From positions 1-64,000 of IMG/VR virus record IMGVR_UViG_3300025030_000088: 64,000 nucleotides of DNA; one strand, 5' to 3'. Positions 32,319 through 42,074 of this stretch are shown piece after piece. Origin of the DNA: an uncultured virus (IMG/VR IMGVR_UViG_3300025030_000088) (Duplodnaviria > Heunggongvirae > Uroviricota > Caudoviricetes). A program made the position numbers and the translations under genes. How positions within the stretch are numbered: the first letter of the stretch is position 1; each line of letters begins with the position of its first letter. The notes below the pieces were generated by a model. The model made no database searches. It was given only the letters and a program-made list of their open reading frames with translations, and had not been told where the DNA came from.

Positions 32319-33710
32319 TTATCGTATTTGTTCTAATTCTAATAACATTTCTTCGTAATCTTCTTTATACATCCATTTGAATTTACCTGCTGTTTTAGCT
32401 TTGCCACTACAACATAATGATATACCTCTTATATTTAACTCTTTTTCTGCCTTTGTAATACTTTCCCATTCTTTTATAAATTTATTTTCAAGTAATAATT
32501 GAATAACTTTTCTTTTACCTTTATTATAATCACAGAATCCTGATTTAACACCTTTGTTTAAATATGAAACAATAGTAGCATGACATAATTTCATTAATTT
32601 TGCTATTCCTTTTGTACTTTTGATACCATTATTCCAATAATCACATGCGATTTTTACTAAACTCTTATTAGTAAATTCTTCACATTTATTCCAGTCTATT
32701 ATGGATAAATCAAACAAATTATTTAATTGACTATTTAATATATTGGTTTTTATATATTCTAATTCACTTTTTAAACAATCAATTCTTATTACTTCTATAT
32801 TATGCTGATTTATAAATATATCTCTTTGTTTATCATCTTCTTTAGATTCTTCTGCTGTTTTATTAATTAGTGTATTTTTATTCCCGTGACCTATACCGCC
32901 ATCCATTTCAAAATTATACTTTTTATTATTTAATTCAAAATAAAAATCTAATCTATAATTATAAAAATTATGTTCAGGTATAAAGTCAATTCCTAATTGC
33001 TCTAATAAATTAAATCCTACTTTATTAGCAAAAGAAATTCCATCTCCGCATTTTGGACAACTAAAGCCAAATCTAATTATGTTATAAGGAAGATATAATT
33101 TTTCATATCTACAATTAGGACAAACAAATAATTCATAATTATGCTTTCCTTGACTTATTTTATATCCTAATTCTTTATCCTTTAATAATTTTGCAATATG
33201 TGGATGAGTAGTCCAAAGATCGTTATAACCTTTTAAAACTTTCTTTGAGGGAAAACAACAAACATTACAACCTCGTTTACCATCTAATTTACTTTCACTT
33301 ATTTGATCTTCGTTTCCGCATTTTAAACACTTATATTTATAACCTTTTTGCATATCTATTTTACGAGGAATTCTAATTTGTTCTATTATTTCTATTTTAC
33401 TAAATTTGTTTTCTATAATATCGCCAATATTATATTTATAATCTTGAATATGTTTATTTAATAAATTACCCAATCCACAATTAATAAAAACATTAGTAGT
33501 TATACTTACTGTTCTATCATTATATTTAATATCTAAATAATTTTGATATTTTATTTTATAATAATTAACAATTTCTAATTCGTCTTCAATATTATCATAA
33601 ATAAATTTTAATTTGTACCCTACACTATTCTTCCAATCATAACATAATTTATTAATATACATACCTTTACCATATTTCTTAGGTAAATCATCTAAGAAAA
33701 CTTTTCTCAT
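32319..33710 (-). CDS. Free-standing zinc-ribbon endonuclease with NUMOD1
   Basis: CLKC, CNVC, CPNC, CPKC; RLDFYF..EMDGGIGHG; C-terminal NUMOD1. C-terminal half clearly paralogous to 10990-12648. Confidence 0.75.
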   Translation of the reverse strand: MRKVFLDDLPKKYGKGMYINKLCYDWKNSVGYKLKFIYDNIEDELEIVNYYKIKYQNYLDIKYNDRTVSITTNVFINCGLGNLLNKHIQDYKYNIGDIIENKFSKIEIIEQIRIPRKIDMQKGYKYKCLKCGNEDQISESKLDGKRGCNVCCFPSKKVLKGYNDLWTTHPHIAKLLKDKELGYKISQGKHNYELFVCPNCRYEKLYLPYNIIRFGFSCPKCGDGISFANKVGFNLLEQLGIDFIPEHNFYNYRLDFYFELNNKKYNFEMDGGIGHGNKNTLINKTAEESKEDDKQRDIFINQHNIEVIRIDCLKSELEYIKTNILNSQLNNLFDLSIIDWNKCEEFTNKSLVKIACDYWNNGIKSTKGIAKLMKLCHATIVSYLNKGVKSGFCDYNKGKRKVIQLLLENKFIKEWESITKAEKELNIRGISLCCSGKAKTAGKFKWMYKEDYEEMLLELEQIR

Positions 33711-33730
33711 ATAATTCCTCCTTCTTATTA

Positions 33731-35512
33731 TTATATTTTATTGTTCTTAAAAAATTTATATCTCATAATTAAATATTCTTTAAGTTTCTCGCTAAAACAA
33801 ATTCTAAAATTTGACCTTGTAATTCCAACATATATAATATTTGCCTCTTCGTAAAAATCTTCTATTTTAAAATCAATGTCATCACCTTTATTTATATATT
33901 CCTTTCTAAAAACAGTAGGAAGATCAAATATATCATCAGAAATATAAATTGGTAGTGTTATTGATTTTCCTTTAGATTTATGTATGGTACTAAATAAAAC
34001 ATTTGCTTTATTTGTATCATTAGTTGTATTATTTTTTATTCTATCTATAATATCAGGAATTAAACTACCATACTTTTCAATCATTCTATTAATAGCAATA
34101 ATCTCTATATCTCCTACACGATCAGCATATTTTATCATCTTATTATAATCTTCAAATTTATTAAATAAAGGATTATTAACTTTGTGACCTTTATAGAACC
34201 AGTAGGCATCTTTCAAAACTGAAAAATTATAACTAGAAAAACCAGATTCAAAATAGAGTTTAGCATTTTTATTAGCACTAATAACTTCAATTGCTTCACC
34301 TAATATAAATGCATTAGTTCTACATAAACAAACATAAGGTTTAGATTTATCAATATTATCCACAATTTTTTGTTTGTCATTAAATCCCTTCATATTAATA
34401 TCAATTTTATAAATATCTTTAATTATAAGATTAGCAATATTAGCAATATTCTGACTTACTCTAAAAGAAGTGGTTAATTTGTATTCTTTACCTTCAAATA
34501 AAGGTAGTATATTAGTTGAATCTCTCCACTTGTATAAACTTTGGTAAACATCACCACAAATTACTATACCTTTAACATTAGATGATTTAAGTATATCAAG
34601 TAATAATTTCGACAAATCTTGACATTCATCTACCATAATTATGTCAAATTTGTTAGATAAATCCATTTTGCTAAGATGGAAGAGTTTTAAATAAAAATCA
34701 TGTTCCACCTTGACTGAATTTTTATAATCCTTTTTTAATTCCCATAATTTTTTACATTTATGTATAATCAAATCTCTTTGTTTTGTTGTATTGCCATCTT
34801 CATCTTTAAATAATTCAATCTCTTCAAATTCAATTTTATCAGATAACATATATTTTTTCATCATTGCATCTATTTTAACTGCTAATTCCATATCTTTATT
34901 CCAATCAAGTTTTAAATCCTTAATAATATCTACAACTCCATAATTGAATGTTAATTTATTTTTGTAAAATTTTCCTACTATGCCATAGGCAAATCCATGT
35001 TGAGTTTTCACAGTAACATTATTTAGTTTAGAATATAATCTATCGGCTTCCTCACGCATACTTTTATTATATACTACGTAGAGAATTTTTTTAAAGGGGC
35101 GTGTTTTAGCGTAATAATAAAGAGTCGTACTTTTCGACGAACCACTTAAAGCTGCAATCTTTATCCTATCCTCTTTTGCAAATATAATATCTTTCTGTTC
35201 CTGAGTTAAATAATAACCTTCCTCAGACATGTAATCTGATAATTCAATATGTACATCATCAAATGTTTTATTATAATATTCTCTATTTAGAATATCTATT
35301 TCATTAGATGATAATATTTTTTCATTATTCTTTAACATTAAATTAAATTTTAATTCACAATCTTCACTCCCATTAGGATGAGAAAAATATTGTCTACTAA
35401 TACCAAAGTTTCTTATTAATTCTTCTTTACATACTGGACATATGTATGTTTCTTCTTTAGTAGATTCTATAATATCTACTAATTTTCCATATTTACTTAA
35501 TGCTTTCTTCAA
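33731..35512 (-). CDS. UvrD/SF1 helicase-like protein with N-terminal zinc finger
   Basis: LTQEQ, ALSGSSKS, VYNK, VDECQD, GDVYQSLY.WR, LTTSFR, STIHKSKG, YVGITR. Confidence 0.85.
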   Translation of the reverse strand: MKKALSKYGKLVDIIESTKEETYICPVCKEELIRNFGISRQYFSHPNGSEDCELKFNLMLKNNEKILSSNEIDILNREYYNKTFDDVHIELSDYMSEEGYYLTQEQKDIIFAKEDRIKIAALSGSSKSTTLYYYAKTRPFKKILYVVYNKSMREEADRLYSKLNNVTVKTQHGFAYGIVGKFYKNKLTFNYGVVDIIKDLKLDWNKDMELAVKIDAMMKKYMLSDKIEFEEIELFKDEDGNTTKQRDLIIHKCKKLWELKKDYKNSVKVEHDFYLKLFHLSKMDLSNKFDIIMVDECQDLSKLLLDILKSSNVKGIVICGDVYQSLYKWRDSTNILPLFEGKEYKLTTSFRVSQNIANIANLIIKDIYKIDINMKGFNDKQKIVDNIDKSKPYVCLCRTNAFILGEAIEVISANKNAKLYFESGFSSYNFSVLKDAYWFYKGHKVNNPLFNKFEDYNKMIKYADRVGDIEIIAINRMIEKYGSLIPDIIDRIKNNTTNDTNKANVLFSTIHKSKGKSITLPIYISDDIFDLPTVFRKEYINKGDDIDFKIEDFYEEANIIYVGITRSNFRICFSEKLKEYLIMRYKFFKNNKI

Positions 35513-35548
35513 ATTATTAATCTCCTTTTTAATTATATTGTATTTTTA

Positions 35549-36691
35549 CTATTCTTCAAAATCAACATGATATTTTTCTGCTAAAGTAATTTTTATTTCA
35601 TTACTTAAATCTTTAGCATTTGCAGGTACAGTTAATTCTGATAACATCTTAAAATCTTTTACATATGCTTCAACTAATCTAAATTGTTTATTATACTTTA
35701 TTTCACTTGGATTTTCACAATCTGCTAATAATTTATTTAATTTATCCTGTTCTCTTTTACTTACTTTAATTGCTTTATTTTCAATATAATCCATAAAAAT
35801 ATTATTAAATTCTTCAATAAAATTTTCACTTCTATAATCTAATATAGATTCAAATTTAGATAATACATTTTCAACTTCTTTTTTATTTTTACAAAAAATA
35901 TTATACGCTTGATATGTAAATAAAATATCTTTTTCAATAAGCAATTCACTTAATTTATCTTTATATAATTTTGCCTTAATGCCATAAAATTTTTCTTTAT
36001 TATTAATTATACCTGCTTCTTCTTTTGCTTTATTTTCACAATCAATTACAAATTTTCTATCTTCATCTGAAATTTCTTCATCTATGAAATTACATTTAAA
36101 TTTTATTTTAATACCTTTAATACTTTGATCGCGAATAATTTTTCTAACCTTGGTAACTGAATCAAATTCTATTAAATCTAATCCACTCTTATTACTCAGG
36201 ATCTTTAAAATTTTTTCCAAATAATACCGAATACAGTCGTCCATTTTATTAAAATAGTCAAACATTGTATTTTCATCTATTTTTAAATATTTACTACTTT
36301 TCTCTTGATGGTATCTCATTAAATTATAATTACCATTAATCATTTGAAATTTTTGTGCCCAACTTATAAAAGATAATGTTATTTTATAATTATCATCTTG
36401 TTCATTTAATAATTTAGTTAGTATTAATGGAGTTATATATTGAGATAAACCTTTTAATAATGGAAATATTAATTCATCATTATCCATATCTAAATTAAAA
36501 ACTTTATGTATTTTAAATATTCCTTGACCAGAATCTTCTATCTCACAAAATTTACTTGCCTTTTTTATTATACCTTCCTTTATTCTATTATTTAATTTTT
36601 TATCTTTTTTATAACCTTCTTTTTGTTTATCTGTGCCAAATATATTTACTAATTTCTTAATATCTATTTCTCCAACTTTTAACTTTGCCAA
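35549..36691 (-). CDS. Hypothetical protein, possibly replication initiator
   Basis: 380-aa ORF next to helicase and a structured non-coding region; function inferred from context only. Confidence 0.45.
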   Translation of the reverse strand: MAKLKVGEIDIKKLVNIFGTDKQKEGYKKDKKLNNRIKEGIIKKASKFCEIEDSGQGIFKIHKVFNLDMDNDELIFPLLKGLSQYITPLILTKLLNEQDDNYKITLSFISWAQKFQMINGNYNLMRYHQEKSSKYLKIDENTMFDYFNKMDDCIRYYLEKILKILSNKSGLDLIEFDSVTKVRKIIRDQSIKGIKIKFKCNFIDEEISDEDRKFVIDCENKAKEEAGIINNKEKFYGIKAKLYKDKLSELLIEKDILFTYQAYNIFCKNKKEVENVLSKFESILDYRSENFIEEFNNIFMDYIENKAIKVSKREQDKLNKLLADCENPSEIKYNKQFRLVEAYVKDFKMLSELTVPANAKDLSNEIKITLAEKYHVDFEE

Positions 36692-36963
36692 ATAACCATC
36701 TACTCCTTATTATTATTGATTTTATTACACTTTTTATGAAAGAGTTTTTTTCTATATAAGGAAGTATATTATATAGAAACTTTCTCTTTTTTACAACACA
36801 CTACAAACACAATTATATTAATACTTTGTTAACTATTTAATCAATAAATAATATTATCTTTTAAATACTAAAAAATAAAATCCAATTAATACAGAAATTA
36901 AATACACCTTGTTCACCCCTTTTTTATTATTTATTATTTATTATTGAATTTTACCTTGTCCTT

Positions 36964-36992
36964 ATTATACACAATAATAAAATAAATGTCAA
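36964..36992 (-). promoter_or_regulatory. Consensus sigmaA promoter TTGACA-17-TATAAT
   Basis: Exact consensus. Confidence 0.8.
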
Positions 36993-37044
36993 CACTTATT
37001 TATATTAATATTCTATAAAATTTATAAAAAATACAAAAATACCA

Positions 37045-37154
37045 TTGTCGCTTTCTTTTGCTTCTTTTCTTTGGCGACAAAAATTTTCTTTCGGCGTGCG
37101 GAGTGACGTAAGGAACGACAGCAGGGCGTTAGAAAATTATGCAAAGAAAAGAAG
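37045..37154. other. Long imperfect hairpin with GC-rich apex
   Basis: CTTCTTTTCTTTG (37061-73) / CAAAGAAAAGAAG (37142-54); AATTTTCT / AGAAAATT; TTGTCGC / GCGACAA. Confidence 0.7.
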
Positions 37155-37178
37155 AGATATAATCATAAAGCGTAAATA

Positions 37179-38051
37179 TTAGTCCATAATTAAATTTTCT
37201 TGTATAAATTTCCAAGTAAATATATTTATATTATTAATTTTAGCATGTTCTAATATTTTATTTAATAAAAATTCAAAACCTTCTTTTGATATAGAAGTAA
37301 TAAAATTTGTTATTGGAAATTTATTTTTATTATTATTTAAAATTTTCTTTTCAAATTTAAACATTCTACTATCATTTATTAAACATTTATTTTTATTATT
37401 TAATATGCCCATATGTCTTAAAAGTAAAAATGTATCTGTTGTATTAAATCCAATATCTTTTAGTACATTAGACAATCTTATAAATTCTTCATTAAATATA
37501 TAATTATTACATATATTTTTAACAATATTTTTATTTTCTTCATTATACAATAAATTTATATAATTTTCATTACTTAATTGAGATATATCTAATTTAGGTT
37601 TTACATTTTCTTTTAATGAATTTCTAGTTGGAATATAAATACCTTTATTTTTTTTAATATTTTTTATTACACTTTCTAATATACTAACAAAATTCTTATT
37701 AGGATCAAGAGTATTAAAAATTTGTTTTTCACCTTTTAATACTAATTCCAAAGTATTTTCAACATTATAACCATCATCAATACTATTATATTGTTTTATA
37801 TATTTATCTTCTAATATGTATAATAAGCATTTTTGTATTATTGGTTTTAAATCTTTGTCTATTTCCTCCAATACTTCAAATTTAAAATTATCTTTACCAT
37901 ATGTATTATAATCTTTTTGTAATTTATAACTATGATGATTGCCACATTTTAATTCTTTCTCATGTTCATTCCATCTTTCTTCAATATTCATAGATTCACC
38001 TATATACACCTTACCATTTATTATATTAGTAATTTTATATACTCCTATCAA
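37179..38051 (-). CDS. GIY-YIG endonuclease
   Basis: GVYKITN..NGKVYIGES...RW..H ... E...I...NS...GYN. Confidence 0.9.
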   Translation of the reverse strand: MIGVYKITNIINGKVYIGESMNIEERWNEHEKELKCGNHHSYKLQKDYNTYGKDNFKFEVLEEIDKDLKPIIQKCLLYILEDKYIKQYNSIDDGYNVENTLELVLKGEKQIFNTLDPNKNFVSILESVIKNIKKNKGIYIPTRNSLKENVKPKLDISQLSNENYINLLYNEENKNIVKNICNNYIFNEEFIRLSNVLKDIGFNTTDTFLLLRHMGILNNKNKCLINDSRMFKFEKKILNNNKNKFPITNFITSISKEGFEFLLNKILEHAKINNINIFTWKFIQENLIMD

Positions 38052-38263
38052 AAATATAATCCTCCTTTTATTTTATCATTATTTAATTAGTTTATTGATA
38101 AATAACTATATTTATTTCTACACTATAATTACCTCCTTTCAACAAAATATATTTATCCTGTCCACATTATACTAAATATTCATACAGAAGTCAATAGAAC
38201 AATAAAATAAATATTAATAAATAATATACTAATAAATCAACAACCTATATAATATATTTCACA

Positions 38264-39109
38264 CTACAATCCAATCCTCAAATTATTAATTTTCTTCTTA
38301 ATATTTTCTTTTCTTGCTTGTGCATAAATGCCTACGGTATTTAGTTTGCTATGACCGAGTTGATTCTGTAATTCTGGTAATGTAAAAACTCCTTGTTCTA
38401 TTGCACTCGTAGCCATATGATGTCTTAATTGGTGAATTCCAACCTTACAATCATCACCATAACTATTAAATATATAATTAATTGTACTTTTATCTAATTT
38501 CTCACTTCTTTCAGATAAAAATATATATTGACTACTAGCAAATTTATGTTTCTCTCTAACCTCCAAATAATCTTTAATAACTTTTATTGCAACATCATTT
38601 AACAATACAGTTCTTTCCTTATCACCTTTACCAATTAATTTCAATTCTCCTTTTTCTATATCTAAATTTCTTAATTTCAAATTTGTAATTTCTTCTCTCC
38701 TAATTCCTGTATGAGCAATAAGAAAAACAATAGCAATATTTCTATCTCTATGCAAATTATATTTATTACTAACTTTATCTAAAAATTCAGACACTTGTGA
38801 TTCTGTTATATTTGTTGGATTGCCTTTACCTTGTATCTTAATAAAATCCCTTTTAATAACTTTTATACTATCAATTAACCCTAACATTAATAAAAATTCA
38901 TTAAATGATTTAATTGCAGATAATTTTCTATTAATAGAGGAAGATGATAAATTATTAATCTCTTCCTTATATTTAATAATAGAATCCCTACTAATATCAT
39001 CATGTAAAGTAAAGAAGTGATTTAAGTCTGACACATATGATGATATTGTATTATTTGATTTTGCTTGATTAATTAGATAATTTTTGTATTGTTCAATTTT
39101 ATTTTTCAT
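38264..39109 (-). CDS. XerC/D-like tyrosine recombinase
   Basis: TGIR, GKGDK.R, HQLRH, LGH and catalytic Y all present; N-terminal SAM-like domain (S.NT..SY). Confidence 0.9.
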   Translation of the reverse strand: MKNKIEQYKNYLINQAKSNNTISSYVSDLNHFFTLHDDISRDSIIKYKEEINNLSSSSINRKLSAIKSFNEFLLMLGLIDSIKVIKRDFIKIQGKGNPTNITESQVSEFLDKVSNKYNLHRDRNIAIVFLIAHTGIRREEITNLKLRNLDIEKGELKLIGKGDKERTVLLNDVAIKVIKDYLEVREKHKFASSQYIFLSERSEKLDKSTINYIFNSYGDDCKVGIHQLRHHMATSAIEQGVFTLPELQNQLGHSKLNTVGIYAQARKENIKKKINNLRIGL

Positions 39110-39210
39110 ATTATATACTCCTTTTGTAATTTATTTGTAGAATTATTCTACCATAATAATATTATTGTTGTCAATAGGATTATAAAAATAATTTATAATA
39201 TTTTATTATT

Positions 39211-39261
39211 TGTCATACACCTGTCATACACTAAATATTTCCATGTATAATATGTCATACA
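39211..39261 (+). repeat. Three TGTCATACA operator-like repeats around a TATAAT
   Basis: Copies at 39211, 39222 and 39253. Confidence 0.75.
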
Positions 39262-39301
39262 GTCAAATATAATTAAAAACAAATAAAAAGGAGTGATTAA
39301 A

Positions 39302-39562
39302 ATGATGATTAGTTTTAGATTAAACAGAAAAAGTGACAATGAATTAATTTTATTACTAAGTAAATATGAAAATAATAATATGTCTGAATTTATTAGATGT
39401 GCATTGAGGAATAATTTATTAACTAGTAAAGATACTACTGAAGATCCATTTACTAATAGTAATGCATCCAATACGGATAAAGTTGAAGTTAGGAATATTA
39501 ATAAGAAAACAGAAATTAATAAATATAAATCTATTAAATGGGATAATCAAAAATTAAAATAA
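39302..39562 (+). CDS. Putative ribbon-helix-helix DNA-binding protein
   Basis: MISFRL....D.ELI..L......MSEFIR.ALR pattern. Confidence 0.6.
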   Translation: MMISFRLNRKSDNELILLLSKYENNNMSEFIRCALRNNLLTSKDTTEDPFTNSNASNTDKVEVRNINKKTEINKYKSIKWDNQKLK

Positions 39563-39583
39563 TCAAATTGAGGAGGTTATAAT

Positions 39584-39880
39584 ATGTATAAATATATTAT
39601 ATTATTAATTTGTTTACTATACCCCCTACCTTGCTATGCTTCACCTTTAGGAGATATTGCAAAAGATTTCTTTTCTCTTCATGGTGAAGGTTCATTTCTA
39701 ATAAAATTAATGTTACTTGCAGTAGTAGGATGGATATTAGAGAATTTAGCATCAATGTTTAATAATAATAGATTGGCAGGATATATTAAATTAGGCACAA
39801 TAATGATAGCAATAGTTATGATGACATTTCAAGCCATTAAAGTATTGAAAAATGTTACAGCATTAATTTATATTGATTAA
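39584..39880 (+). CDS. Small membrane protein with signal peptide and two TM helices
   Basis: MYKYIILLICLLYPLPCYA leader followed by two hydrophobic segments. Confidence 0.65.
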   Translation: MYKYIILLICLLYPLPCYASPLGDIAKDFFSLHGEGSFLIKLMLLAVVGWILENLASMFNNNRLAGYIKLGTIMIAIVMMTFQAIKVLKNVTALIYID

Positions 39881-39893
39881 GAGGTGATATTAA

Positions 39894-40217
39894 ATGTGGT
39901 TAGTAAATATTATGTTTATAATTTTAGTAGGATTTATTGTAATTATTATATGTAGAGCAGTAAATAATAGAAATTTAGCAATTATGGCATGGATTATGAT
40001 GATATTTAGTATAATTAATATTTTTTTAGGTACATTTTCACCTGTTTTAAAATATGCAGAAGTTAAAAATAAAGAATTACAAGAGTATGTAGAGAAATAT
40101 AATAAAATAGATAATGTTAAGGATAATGTAAAAGATACTATTGTTAAAGAATTAAAGAGTAAAGAGAAATCATTTTGGCAAACACTAACTGAATTTCCTT
40201 TGGATAATAATAAATAA
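39894..40217 (+). CDS. Small two-TM membrane protein
   Basis: Two N-terminal hydrophobic helices, then a coiled coil. Confidence 0.65.
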   Translation: MWLVNIMFIILVGFIVIIICRAVNNRNLAIMAWIMMIFSIINIFLGTFSPVLKYAEVKNKELQEYVEKYNKIDNVKDNVKDTIVKELKSKEKSFWQTLTEFPLDNNK

Positions 40218-40233
40218 AAATGGAGGTAATATT

Positions 40234-40761
40234 ATGCCAACAGTTATTATGAATAGTAAGATTATTATATCTGGTGTAATGACAATACTATTATTAGTTA
40301 GTGGTATTAATAGTAGTTTAAGTATGATGTTTAGTGGTAGCAAGAATTATGCAGAAATAATTAATTATAATAATGAAATATTTTATGGAAATTATATTAT
40401 TGATGATAATAAGATACCTATTATTGTTAGAGTAGATGAAGGAAATGAGAAAATTTACAATGAAAATAAAACTTATGATGAAAACAAGAAAAATGAGAGA
40501 ATTAATCAAAATGAAAAAATTATAGATGATAAAACTCCTGGTAAAATTAATATTAGCTTTAAAGATGGTAGTGGATTAGAGATAAATTATAATAGAGATA
40601 TAGGAAGTAAAGAAATGTCTGAGACAGATAAAGAATGTTTATACAAAATTGTAGATGCGATAATTAAATATATTGATAATAGTGTTGGTAAGCAAATAAC
40701 TAAAGGCACTAAAAAATTTTTAAATTTTATTAAGAAAGATGTAAATTATAAAGGGAAGTGA
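40234..40761 (+). CDS. Membrane-anchored hypothetical protein
   Basis: N-terminal hydrophobic segment; GGAGG RBS. Confidence 0.55.
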   Translation: MPTVIMNSKIIISGVMTILLLVSGINSSLSMMFSGSKNYAEIINYNNEIFYGNYIIDDNKIPIIVRVDEGNEKIYNENKTYDENKKNERINQNEKIIDDKTPGKINISFKDGSGLEINYNRDIGSKEMSETDKECLYKIVDAIIKYIDNSVGKQITKGTKKFLNFIKKDVNYKGK

Positions 40762-42074
40762 TAATATTGAAATTAGATAAAGATAAAATTATTAAGAATA
40801 TTAAAAAGAAAATTAAAGAAGTAAGTGATAATTATATGAGGAATTTATCTTATGAACCATTAAAACCTCCTACTAAAGAAAATATTAGACAAATGATTAA
40901 GAAAGAAATTAGAATGAGGAAGAGTAGAGAAATAGAAGCAGAAATAGAGAATATAATGTTTGAATGTAAATTATATAATACTAAAGGTGAATATCCTCTC
41001 CATATAAATACTAATAAAAAAGGAGATAATCATTATCAAACATTTTGGAAATTATCGTATGGATTAAATTATGAAGATATTATTGATAAGAGTAAATATT
41101 TTGCAGATGCTTTAACTGCACAGATTAATATTGAACCAAGAAAAGGATTATTAATGATTGAAGTTATTAAAGGAATTATACCTGAGAAAATACAATATGA
41201 ATTTAATTATATTGAACATATGGATAAGAATGTAGTTGTACCACTTGGTTATGATCAATCTGGTTTAGTTGTTTGGAATCTTGAAGATATACCTCATTGT
41301 TTAATTGCAGGTGTAACTCATAGTGGAAAATCAATTTTATTAACTGGTTGGGTAGATGCATTATTGCAAAATCCAAATGTTATATTATTTGTAATTGATT
41401 TAGCAATGGCAGATTTTTATCATGTAAAAAATTATTGTATATTTGGTAGTACATTAGATGATGCAGAAAATATATTAGAATATCTTATAAATGAATGTAA
41501 TAGAAGAATACAATTAATGACACTTAAAGCAGGAGTAGTTAAAATACAGAAATATAATAATAAGTATCCTAATGATAAATTGCCATATCTTGTATTAATG
41601 ATAGATGAATTTGCTTTCACTTCTCCTAGAAAATATGATGATAAAGACACAAAGAAATTAAGACAAAGATTACAAGGTATGACTGATCAACTTGCTCAAA
41701 TGGCAAGGAAAGCTGGCATACATTTAGTTGTTGCTATGCAAAGACCATCAAAAGAGTTAATACCAATGGAGATAAAAAGTAATTTTCCTGGTGCTATAAG
41801 TTTTAAAACTGTTAATTTAGGTACTAGTAAAACTATATTGGAAAATACAAGTGCATTTTATTTGCCTAGAATAAAAGGTAGATTTATGGCACAATGGGAA
41901 AGTAAACAGATAGAAGTTCAAGCAATGTTATTAGAACAAGAGGATTCTATTAGAAGATTAAAAATGTATGATAAAATCACAGATAAGATGAATGTTAAAG
42001 GAGATGATATTTATAATAGATTATGGCAATATCAAATATATGAACACACGACAAAAAGGTTATTACCGAGATAG
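40758..42074 (+). CDS. FtsK/SpoIIIE-family ATPase
   Basis: PHCLIAGVTHSGKS (Walker A), LVLMIDE (Walker B), ARKAGIHLVVAMQRP. Confidence 0.9.
   Translation: MIILKLDKDKIIKNIKKKIKEVSDNYMRNLSYEPLKPPTKENIRQMIKKEIRMRKSREIEAEIENIMFECKLYNTKGEYPLHINTNKKGDNHYQTFWKLSYGLNYEDIIDKSKYFADALTAQINIEPRKGLLMIEVIKGIIPEKIQYEFNYIEHMDKNVVVPLGYDQSGLVVWNLEDIPHCLIAGVTHSGKSILLTGWVDALLQNPNVILFVIDLAMADFYHVKNYCIFGSTLDDAENILEYLINECNRRIQLMTLKAGVVKIQKYNNKYPNDKLPYLVLMIDEFAFTSPRKYDDKDTKKLRQRLQGMTDQLAQMARKAGIHLVVAMQRPSKELIPMEIKSNFPGAISFKTVNLGTSKTILENTSAFYLPRIKGRFMAQWESKQIEVQAMLLEQEDSIRRLKMYDKITDKMNVKGDDIYNRLWQYQIYEHTTKRLLPR

Noticed and set aside
34356..34364. DnaA box TTATCCACA
   Set aside because: Single copy inside the helicase CDS; expected by chance.
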